This document shows positions 55,645 to 64,000 of a DNA stretch of 64,000 bases, one piece after another. Numbering within the stretch: the stretch's first letter is position 1; each line of letters opens with the position of its first letter. Below the pieces are notes generated by a model. That model searched no databases, was not told the origin of the DNA, and was given only the letters and a program-made list of their open reading frames with translations. The stretch comes from Candidatus Omnitrophota bacterium (GTDB taxonomy: Bacteria; Omnitrophota; Gorgyraeia; Zapsychrales; Zapsychraceae): NCBI GenBank assembly GCA_021108075.1, contig JAIORP010000120.1:21557-85556 (forward strand), read 5' to 3'. The translations under genes were made by a program, and so were the position numbers.

Positions 55645-57531
55645 TTATTGGATGCGCTTGAATTGTTTATCAAGGAACTGTTCGTCCATTTCAATAACGG
55701 TCGGCCGTCCATGTGGGCAGGTGAACGGATCGAGACAATGAAGCAGTTGCTGACATTGATGTTGGGCTTGCTCTGGTTTGAGGCGGTCTCCTGCCATGAT
55801 TGATGACCGGCAGGCCCGGCGCGCAATTGAATCAAAGTCGCATTGGCCGATATGATCTCCGGCCAAAAGATGGCGGACGGCCTGTTCGATATTCTTGATT
55901 AAGACCGGGTGGGTGTCAATCGCTATTATGGCTGGATCAAATTGGTGGTTTTCAAACCCGATTTCTTTCAATTTCATTTGCACCTCTTCCCAAACAATCA
56001 TTTCCTGGGGAGAGAGTTTGACCAATACCGGGCTTAAGAGATGTTGGGCCTCAACGGTTCCTTTTTGCATTTGATGCAGCAATATTTCATAAGTGATGCG
56101 TTCCTGGGCGGCATGTTGATCCATTAACAAAAGGGAAGTCTGTGACTGGAAAAGCAAATATTTGTTTAAGAACGATCCGATGTAACCGGCCTGCTCAAGC
56201 TTTGCGTGGAAGCTATTTGAATGTTGACTGAAGGTATTATTTTTGGAATAGAAGAAGGAAGCCTGATCTTCTTTTCGAGGATCTGGATGATGTTTAAGGT
56301 GAGGGCTTGTCCTTTTTTCTGGTTGAGAATGCGGGAGGGTATGAGGGTAGGATTCAATCCCGGATGATAATGCTGAATAGGCATCATCAGAGGAAAAAGT
56401 CTTAGAGTCGTAGTCTATTGCCGGAGTATGCGTTGACGTTAACGCTTTCGTTGTGTCCGAAGACGCGGATCGGGCTGAAGAAAAATTATTCTTTGTCAGG
56501 TCGACCGAGACTTGTTTGGTTTGTCCGGCTCGCATCAGGGCTTGTTCGCAAATGGTCCGCAGGTAGCGTGACAGTTCCTTTTCGGTCCTGATTTTTACTT
56601 CTCTTTTTGTGGGATGAATATTCACATCGATCTCTTCAGGGTTCATTTCGATATAGATCGCAAAAAAAGGATAGACGCTGTCCGGCATGATCAAACGGTA
56701 AATGTTATTGATATGATAGGAAATGCTTTTGTTTTGAACCGGACGGCCATTGATAAAAAGGAATTGCATATCCCGCCGGGAACGCTGGATGTTAATATCA
56801 CCTAAAACCATGCGGATCGCGAGGCTTTCTTTATCAATGCGTTGGTTTGTCTCGAGTAAATATTCAGGATTAACATTCAGGGCATCAGCTGCACGGGTCA
56901 CAAAGCTGTCGGTCGTCTTTAAAGAAATCAGTGTCCGGTTTTGGTGTGTCAGGGTGAACTGACAATCCGTGTGTAATAACGTGTAGGGAATAAACGTGTT
57001 CAAGATTTGATGCAGTTCGGTCGTGTTTGTTTTAAGAAATTTTTTTCGCGCCGGCGTGTTGAAAAAAAGTTCACGGATGATCATCTCCGTACCGGTTGAT
57101 GGTCGCGCGCAAGGTTTGAGCCCGATTTTTTCTCCCCCTCTAAAATGGATTTCCCATCCGGGATTTTGATCCTGTGTGCGGCTTTGGACGACGATATCGG
57201 CAATCGCCCCAATGCTGTAGAGGGCCTCACCTCGAAAACCCAAAGACATGATGGCATAAAGATCGTCAATGGTTGTTATTTTGCTCGTGGCATGACGGAT
57301 GAAAATGTTCTCAAGGTCATCCTGGGCTATACCCTGACCATTGTCTTTGATCACCATCGAGGTTTTGCCAGCGTTCTGCAAATGGACTTCGATTTGGCTG
57401 GCCTTAGCATCAAGGGCGTTCTCAACACATTCTTTGATGACAGAAGCCGGTCGATCAATCACTTCACCGGCAGCGATCTTGCTGACGATTTCTGAGGGGA
57501 GAATTTTTACTTTGCTCATAAGGTATTTCAC
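55645..57531 (-). CDS. mutL: DNA mismatch repair endonuclease MutL
   Basis: KIAAGEVIDRPASVIKE, HATSKI, GFRGEAL, DQHAAQERITYE, CPHGRP. Confidence 0.98.
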   Translation of the reverse strand: MKYLMSKVKILPSEIVSKIAAGEVIDRPASVIKECVENALDAKASQIEVHLQNAGKTSMVIKDNGQGIAQDDLENIFIRHATSKITTIDDLYAIMSLGFRGEALYSIGAIADIVVQSRTQDQNPGWEIHFRGGEKIGLKPCARPSTGTEMIIRELFFNTPARKKFLKTNTTELHQILNTFIPYTLLHTDCQFTLTHQNRTLISLKTTDSFVTRAADALNVNPEYLLETNQRIDKESLAIRMVLGDINIQRSRRDMQFLFINGRPVQNKSISYHINNIYRLIMPDSVYPFFAIYIEMNPEEIDVNIHPTKREVKIRTEKELSRYLRTICEQALMRAGQTKQVSVDLTKNNFSSARSASSDTTKALTSTHTPAIDYDSKTFSSDDAYSALSSGIESYPHTLPHSQPEKRTSPHLKHHPDPRKEDQASFFYSKNNTFSQHSNSFHAKLEQAGYIGSFLNKYLLFQSQTSLLLMDQHAAQERITYEILLHQMQKGTVEAQHLLSPVLVKLSPQEMIVWEEVQMKLKEIGFENHQFDPAIIAIDTHPVLIKNIEQAVRHLLAGDHIGQCDFDSIARRACRSSIMAGDRLKPEQAQHQCQQLLHCLDPFTCPHGRPTVIEMDEQFLDKQFKRIQ

Positions 57532-57554
57532 TTTTTTTTGGGTTAATCTTGTTT

Positions 57555-60131
57555 TTACGTTTCGCTCTGTAAAATCTTTTTAAGCTCGTCGATTTTGTTC
57601 AATGCTTGAATAGGGGTAATATGGTTGATATCCATCGCGCTAAAGACAGTCTTGACTTTATCAAATATTGGATCAGGTGAGGCCGGCTGTGAAAACAAGT
57701 CCAATTGTCTTTCATTGGCCTTTTTTCTCGTGTCCGCATGATCACGAATATCTTGTTTTAATTCAAGCTTAGTTAATATTTTTTTCGCCTGGCTGATGAT
57801 AGAAGAGGGGATCCCGGCCAATTTAGCGACATAAATACCATAGCTGTCATCTGTTCCGCCTGGAATAATTTTGTGTAAGAATATAATCTCTTCTTCCCAT
57901 TCTTTCACCGCGACATTGTAGTTTTTTACACCGGTAAAATCCTGAGCTAAAGCTGTTAATTCGTGAAAGTGCGTTGCAAAAAGAGTGCGCGCTTTTGTTT
58001 GCTGCAAGTGTTCTGCCAGGGCCCACGCCAGGCTCAATCCGTCATACGTGCTTGTTCCGCGACCGATTTCATCTAAGATGATCAGGCTGCGTTCCGTCAA
58101 GTTATTTAAAATATCGGCGGTCTCATTCATTTCAACCATAAAGGTGCTTTGGCCTCTGGTGATATCATCGTGCGCCCCGATACGGGTGAAAATTTTATCA
58201 ACGATTCCGATTTGGGCTGATACCGCGGGGAGATAACTACCAATTTGAGCCATAATAACAAGGATCGCCACTTGACGAATGTATGTTGATTTTCCTGCCA
58301 TATTGGGCCCGGTTAAGATGATCAGGTGATCCTCTTTACAATTGAGGTGCACATCATTGGGGGTGAATGTTTCGGTAATGGTCTTTTCAACAACCGGGTG
58401 GCGGCCGTCTTCAATGATTAAGTGAGATGATGCATTGATGGACGGGCAGATGTATCCAGGGTTTTGGGAGAGAGTGGTCATGGAGGAAATCGCATCAATA
58501 GTGGCAATCGCATCGCAAAGGGCATGTAAAGAAACAGATTGTTTCAGAATTTCCATACGGAGTTCGTTGATAAGTTCATTTTCAATCTTAATGATTTTAT
58601 CTTGGGCTGTCAGAATTTTTTCTTCATATTCCTTCAATTCAGGGGTAATGAATCGTTCGGCGTTAACCAGGGTTTGTTTACGAATATAATGTTGGGGAAC
58701 ATTTTTAAGTTTTGTTTTTGTTATTTCAATATAGTAACCAAAAATTTTGTTAAAACCGATTTTCAACGAGTTGATCCCTGTCTGTTTGATTTCTTGCTCT
58801 TGTAATTTTTTTAACCATTGGTGTCCATTGGCCTGGATGTCGCGCAGTTGGTCCAATTGGGCATGATATCCCGTCTGGATAATTTTTCCTTCAGGCTTTG
58901 AGAGGGGGATATCTTCGTTAATGGCCCGGCAAAGTAAGTCTCTTAAATTCGGGATATCGGCAAGATGAAACAGAAAGTTTTTTTCTTCAAGGGGTTTTGT
59001 CAGTTCGATCAAATGCGGGATGTTTGTTAACGTTTGCCGGATAGCTAATAGATCCTTGGCATGGGTATACCCGCAACTGAGACGGGAAATGTTTTTCTCA
59101 ATATCAGGAATTTTTTGTAAAAGATATTTGAGGTCTTGCGCCGTGCTCGTTTGATCTCTTAGTAATTGGATCGCTTTCTGACGTTGGACAATGTTCTCTG
59201 TGTTTTTTAATGGATGATAAAGCCAAAAACGAAATTTACGTTTCCCTGATGCGGTGATCGTATGGTCGATCGTTTTAAGCAAGGTCGGCAATTCAAGTCC
59301 GCGGTAAGCCGCGGGAGAGATGAAGACATAATCATCGTCCAGATACAGTGTGATTTTATCAATATGTTCCAGCGGTTGTTTGTTCATGTGTTTCAGGTAT
59401 TCTAATAAAGCTCCAGCGCTTGAAACCGCTGAAGGAAGTTGCTCGATCCCAAACCCATGTAAGTTATGAATAGAAAAATGTTCACAAAGTGTTTTTTTCG
59501 CGATATCTGGATTAAAGCACCAATCATTATGCGGACTCAGGGTGATGTTTTTTATTTTCAACAAGGTTTGACTGAAAATATTTTTAATTTCTTCATCTTG
59601 ACTGTCCGGGTAGATGCATTCGTACACCGGGAGCCGTGATATCAGTTCTGTTAATCTTTTTTTATTGAGAGGAAATTGATTTGTTTGAATGGTGCCACTG
59701 GTTGGATCAATGAATGAGACACCAACCGATCGGGCATTGGGACTTAAGCACATAAGGTAACGGGTATCGGTGGTATTTTCATCTAAATATGTTCCGGAAG
59801 AAATGATACGGGTGACATCGCGTTTAACAATTCCTTTGGCCAGGGCCGGATCTTCCATTTGATCGCAGATGGCAATTTTATATCCCGCTTTGACGAGTCT
59901 GGCGATATAATTGTCAGCGGCGTGATGAGGAAATCCGCACATAGGTACTTTATTTGTTGGTGACTTTCCCCGGGAGGTGAGGACGAGATTAAGTTCGCGG
60001 GACACCATTTGGGCGTCTTCAAAAAACATTTCATAAAAGTCACCCAACCGGAAAAAAAGAATGCATCCCTGGTGTTTTTCTTTTATTTGATGATACTGTT
60101 TCAGCATCGGAGTGCTTGCTGTCTTGTCCAT
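57555..60131 (-). CDS. mutS: DNA mismatch repair protein MutS
   Basis: TPMLKQY, FRLGDFYEMF, TGPNMAGKSTY, STFMVEM, DEIGRGTST, FATHFHEL. Confidence 0.98.
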   Translation of the reverse strand: MDKTASTPMLKQYHQIKEKHQGCILFFRLGDFYEMFFEDAQMVSRELNLVLTSRGKSPTNKVPMCGFPHHAADNYIARLVKAGYKIAICDQMEDPALAKGIVKRDVTRIISSGTYLDENTTDTRYLMCLSPNARSVGVSFIDPTSGTIQTNQFPLNKKRLTELISRLPVYECIYPDSQDEEIKNIFSQTLLKIKNITLSPHNDWCFNPDIAKKTLCEHFSIHNLHGFGIEQLPSAVSSAGALLEYLKHMNKQPLEHIDKITLYLDDDYVFISPAAYRGLELPTLLKTIDHTITASGKRKFRFWLYHPLKNTENIVQRQKAIQLLRDQTSTAQDLKYLLQKIPDIEKNISRLSCGYTHAKDLLAIRQTLTNIPHLIELTKPLEEKNFLFHLADIPNLRDLLCRAINEDIPLSKPEGKIIQTGYHAQLDQLRDIQANGHQWLKKLQEQEIKQTGINSLKIGFNKIFGYYIEITKTKLKNVPQHYIRKQTLVNAERFITPELKEYEEKILTAQDKIIKIENELINELRMEILKQSVSLHALCDAIATIDAISSMTTLSQNPGYICPSINASSHLIIEDGRHPVVEKTITETFTPNDVHLNCKEDHLIILTGPNMAGKSTYIRQVAILVIMAQIGSYLPAVSAQIGIVDKIFTRIGAHDDITRGQSTFMVEMNETADILNNLTERSLIILDEIGRGTSTYDGLSLAWALAEHLQQTKARTLFATHFHELTALAQDFTGVKNYNVAVKEWEEEIIFLHKIIPGGTDDSYGIYVAKLAGIPSSIISQAKKILTKLELKQDIRDHADTRKKANERQLDLFSQPASPDPIFDKVKTVFSAMDINHITPIQALNKIDELKKILQSET

Positions 60132-60400
60132 GGTTATTTCGTGGTTTGAATGATGATTGTTTCTTTGTGAACTAAGCGTGCCGCTGAGGGCAAAAAGAGT
60201 GCCCAGTGCAAAGTTATTTTATACCATAAAATGTGATGAGGGGAAATAAAAAGATCATCCGATGGGGACAAGGCAAAACAGAAGAAGGGGACGGGGCGTT
60301 TTGTTCTGTGAAATAATGCTTGGGGATGATGGGCAAAACATTCTCTAGTGGCGAAACGGTTTACGGGGTTTTTGGGCGGTATCATAGGAAAGGGGTCACA

Positions 60401-61018
60401 TTATTCATCAAAGTGTTGTTCCATCATCAGCTGCAGGACTTCTTCACTGCTGGTGAGTGGCAGGATAAACATGCGGCATTCTAAATTTTGTTTATATGTT
60501 ATAAACGTGGATTCCATGATCAAGAGTTCATCTTTCTCTGAGGCGATGCTCATGATGTATTCTTGAAAAACCGTGCTCAGGAAATCTTTAATAACAATGG
60601 GCGGGCTGGGTTTTAGGTTAATACAAAAATCGCGTGATAAAATATTGGTACAAGCGCTGGCTAAAATATTGCCCAGTTCTTGGATGGCACTGGCCGTGTA
60701 AGCGTCATATTCTGTGGTCGTTCCGACGGGGCGTTGAAGGATGAGATCCGTTATTGTAAAAGTATCTTTAAGATATGTATAGAAAAGAAATTTAAAGGGG
60801 GCGTCACCGACCAGATCGATAAACGTGGCCACAATCTCCGCTTGTTTTTCATTCATGATACGCTTGCTTATATCTGTCATATCCCCATAATAAATGTTTT
60901 CTAATTCAACGCGAGCTCCTGTCTTTAACATTTTAGATAAAAGCTGAGAACATCTCTCGACGCACAGTGTTGCAATCAGTTGTAACCCTTTTTGGGTTTT
61001 TGTTAGTTCAGGCATCAT
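60401..61018 (-). CDS. CheC-like phosphatase family protein
   Basis: SAIQELGNILASAC (ExxN motif), LKPSPP; the first CheC site is degenerate. Confidence 0.8.
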   Translation of the reverse strand: MMPELTKTQKGLQLIATLCVERCSQLLSKMLKTGARVELENIYYGDMTDISKRIMNEKQAEIVATFIDLVGDAPFKFLFYTYLKDTFTITDLILQRPVGTTTEYDAYTASAIQELGNILASACTNILSRDFCINLKPSPPIVIKDFLSTVFQEYIMSIASEKDELLIMESTFITYKQNLECRMFILPLTSSEEVLQLMMEQHFDE

Positions 61019-61254
61019 CGTTTCCTGTTTATTCGCATCGTTTGGTCAGGTAGGATCCCCCGACCAGGCTGTTTTTCAGTCTGGCGGTCATTTGATTGTA
61101 TATTAGTATAAATGTATATTGAAAAAATTTCAATAAACAATGTAAAAAATTTCAGGATCGCCCAGACTATTAAAATTTGGCGCTTAATGGCCTGAATGGT
61201 ATACTTCGTTCGTCACACCACAAAAATATTCGCAAAAGGCAGGTATTCATTCCC

Positions 61255-62073
61255 ATGAAATCATTCTATCAAACGGTGATTATTTTAATTATTGGAGTCA
61301 CTTTTTTTGGGGCTGAACAAGTGACGATGGCACAAGATGATCCGATCAATAAATTGGAGTATGACCGTAGTATCCATCGCCTCCGTCTAGAGAAAAATAT
61401 TATTCATGATCGGTTGATTAATATAAAATCTGAAAACCAGCGGTTGTTTCGTTTGTGTTTTGATCAAGCAGGAGGTCTGGCGGTCCTGGACGGTTATTGT
61501 CAAGAACTACGGCGCATTATCCATCATGAACGAGCGATGAAGTTCAGGCAGACACAGCAGATTTCCGAGTTTTATCAGGGGCGGGAACGGAACGCGCGCC
61601 TGAAAGCCATGTCGGCATATCCTCAGCCCCCGGAGCAAACGTATTTATGGGCTGACATGAATAAAGAAATAGATTTGCTCACAATCAACCTGATGGAGGT
61701 TTTAGATCAGCATGAGCTTCACCTTTCCGAACTTGATCAATATGAGCGTGCCTTTTATGCCTTACAGGTTCAACTGTTGAGACAAGGTTTAAAGAATGCG
61801 TCTTTGAGTGATCAGATCCTATTATCAGGCGACACCTATCAACAGGATAATGATTCGTTGTGGGATTCATTAGTGGATCAGGTTGAAAGGAATAAGTATA
61901 AAAAGAAAATTATATCCCACCAAAAAGTTAAGATCGATCAATTAAAAGCAACGGTCACGGAATATCGACGATTGGTCGATTGGCAATCAGAGCTTATCCG
62001 CAAACAGGATCAGCATATCCTAACCCTTGAAGGTCGAATGTCAGGTTTATCTGCCTGGCTATATGGGCATTGA
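61255..62073 (+). CDS. Hypothetical secreted coiled-coil protein
   Basis: Signal-peptide-like MKSFYQTVIILIIGVTFFGAEQVTMA; helical, L/Q/E-rich body. Confidence 0.65.
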   Translation: MKSFYQTVIILIIGVTFFGAEQVTMAQDDPINKLEYDRSIHRLRLEKNIIHDRLINIKSENQRLFRLCFDQAGGLAVLDGYCQELRRIIHHERAMKFRQTQQISEFYQGRERNARLKAMSAYPQPPEQTYLWADMNKEIDLLTINLMEVLDQHELHLSELDQYERAFYALQVQLLRQGLKNASLSDQILLSGDTYQQDNDSLWDSLVDQVERNKYKKKIISHQKVKIDQLKATVTEYRRLVDWQSELIRKQDQHILTLEGRMSGLSAWLYGH

Positions 62074-62307
62074 TACCAATTCCATTAAATGATTACCAAA
62101 ATCAATTCTGCCTTTCAGAATTGAAATAGAACAATTAATTAATGGATTTGGTATGACTTTTTCATCAAACGTTTTTTATTTATTATTTTATGGGGAACCG
62201 AAAAATCGTATTTTTTTGCTGTTAATCCTAAAAATTTTAATATAATACTCAATTGAATTAGCGACGAAGAAGTGTTGTCCTGAATATTTATAAATAAGGA
62301 GTATACG

Positions 62308-63615
62308 ATGAAAAGAAATATTTTCCGACCCGTTTTGTTGATAAGCTTTTTATTATGCGGACTGGTCCAAATTTGTATTCCGCTAACAAGTGTAGCTGTC
62401 ACGGACCAATTTAAAAGCGAATCCCAGCGGTTATCACGTTGGTTAGAAAATAACAGGGACCCACGCACCGGACTTCCCTATAGTCACGTCGGTGACAAGC
62501 GTTTTGAGCAATGGGCGATTACCTATGATGCAGCATTAACCACGTTGGCCTACATCAGTATCAATGAAATTGAACCGGCAGCACGCATTATGGATTTTTA
62601 TTTGCAAACACCCAAGGTTTGGCGTTTAGGGGGTGTGATTGAAGCTTATTTGACCGGGGAGGTGATTCGTAGCCAGGATTGGACGGTGCGGAGCGGGGCG
62701 AATATATGGTTAGCTTTGGCCAGTTACCATCTTTACAAAGTCACAAATATCAAGACTTATTTAAATTTTTCTGAAAAAATAGCCGCGACGGTTCTTGCGC
62801 TGCAAAACAAGTCCGAAGACGATCCTAATCATGGCGGGATTCCGCTGGGGCCACCAGGGTCGTCCGAGAATCCCGGAGATCAGCATTTCGGCTATGACAC
62901 AGATAAACCCTCTTTTCACACCGTCTTTTCCTCAGAGGTGACCATTGATGCGTACGCCCTGTTTTCATTTTTGTACGCAGAAACACAGGAGGAGAAATAT
63001 TTGCGATCAAAGGAATTATGTTTGGTGTGGTTAAAAAATAATGCGTATCAACCCGGTCGTTCCTATCTTTTTCGCGGTTATCATGATTCTGTTGTGGCCA
63101 GCGATGTCCAGCATTGGGCTATTTCAGCAATGGGTCCTGAAATATTAAACGAGATAGAGGCGGACCTGCCGTTTAAGATGATTAAGTTTGTGGAAGATCA
63201 TTGTGTCCATGAAATTGAATATGTGAATAATGATAGCAAAACTGTGACGATAAGAGGTGTGGATTTTATTGATAAAAAGAGGGCGGAAGATATCGGCCGA
63301 AGTGTGATGGTTAGTCCAGAATGGACATTTCAATTAGCTAATGCGTATTTGCGGTTGGAGCAATATCAGGCCAAAAAAAAGAAGTGGCGGGACGTTAATG
63401 CCCTCATGCAAAAAAGAACGGGCTTATTAAGGGAGATGCTGAAGTTAGCCATTGAGAATGAAGGCGGTTTGGCGTATCCGTACGCCACTTTGGCTGATGC
63501 CCCGATTGGTCATGAGTTTCATACCCCGAAGCAAGGCACCCTAAGTACCAGCGGCGTCGCTTATGGCATTATGGCTTTGCAGGGGTTTGATCCTTTGGCC
63601 CCGCATGAAGAATAG
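62308..63615 (+). CDS. Secreted (alpha/alpha)-barrel, glycoside hydrolase-like protein
   Basis: AAGGAG ribosome-binding site; signal peptide; TGLPYS, TYDAAL, SGANIW, SSEVTID.YA, SDVQHW, SPEWT motifs. Confidence 0.6.
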   Translation: MKRNIFRPVLLISFLLCGLVQICIPLTSVAVTDQFKSESQRLSRWLENNRDPRTGLPYSHVGDKRFEQWAITYDAALTTLAYISINEIEPAARIMDFYLQTPKVWRLGGVIEAYLTGEVIRSQDWTVRSGANIWLALASYHLYKVTNIKTYLNFSEKIAATVLALQNKSEDDPNHGGIPLGPPGSSENPGDQHFGYDTDKPSFHTVFSSEVTIDAYALFSFLYAETQEEKYLRSKELCLVWLKNNAYQPGRSYLFRGYHDSVVASDVQHWAISAMGPEILNEIEADLPFKMIKFVEDHCVHEIEYVNNDSKTVTIRGVDFIDKKRAEDIGRSVMVSPEWTFQLANAYLRLEQYQAKKKKWRDVNALMQKRTGLLREMLKLAIENEGGLAYPYATLADAPIGHEFHTPKQGTLSTSGVAYGIMALQGFDPLAPHEE

Positions 63616-64000
63616 ATGACGGCATCCAATCTATCCTGATTTATGATGATAATCATAAAAAAAAAGTATGCTCAGAGAGGAATTAATATTTTTTTAAACT
63701 GATTATCTTCTGTCCGGGGCCTGCTATTTATAATTAACTGATATTAAATAACTTAAGGATTCTGGCCGTAACTAAAACTTATAACGATACACTTGTCATA
63801 AAGTGTTTTATATGTTATTTTTATAATACATCTTCAGTGAAGCTACTTACATATATATTGCTATTTAAAATTTACAACCTTAGTTCATACTAAGGACTTT
63901 TTATCCCGAGATTTTCATTAGTGATGAGAATTCGAGATGAATCCCGTAGAATAACGGGTAAGCCCTGTAATGGAGTTTATACAGACGGGGTCTACTCTGC

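Noticed and set aside
60134-60385. 83-aa ORF between the cheC-like gene and mutS
   Set aside because: It has no motifs and atypical composition, and is more likely the mutS upstream region.
1-64000. CRISPR arrays, tRNA or rRNA genes
   Set aside because: No short regularly spaced repeats or recognisable structural RNA sequences were seen. All repeats found are long and coding.
63935-64000. Hairpin CCCGT-AGAATA-ACGGG after an AT-rich promoter-like region, a possible riboswitch or leader RNA
   Set aside because: It is truncated by the window edge and does not convincingly match a family I can recognise. It needs an Infernal scan with downstream sequence.

Overview
About 73% of the window (26-46675, + strand) is one uninterrupted reading frame of at least 15,549 codons. 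It is also open to the left edge of the window, so the gene may be longer. It reads like a polyprotein: normally cytoplasmic enzyme and regulator domains (HD-GYP, GGDEF-like, RelA/SpoT-type HD, six LOG domains, Fis HTH, HATPases, a sigma-70 factor, methyltransferases, Nudix, GNATs, a UPF1-like helicase) are separated by recurring spacer modules. The main candidate for a new system is a six-copy spacer, N-C...(W/Y)H...hydrophobic-G|A. Its Cys/His/Gly spacing matches self-cleaving papain-like leader proteases of RNA viruses. Several families of HExxH/HE metallopeptidase-like spacers, DNA-level direct repeats around cargo cassettes, and an in-frame ~9 kb island of different composition also occur. 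The gene resembles the giant genes reported in Omnitrophota (taxonomy inferred only). Downstream lie a terminator, a convergent SipW/Sec11-type signal peptidase, a YtrA-type GntR/ABC operon, an exosortase with its VIT-domain target, a small winged-helix gene, mutL, mutS, a cheC-like gene and two secreted proteins. Domain calls come from motif recognition by eye, and boundaries inside the giant gene are approximate.
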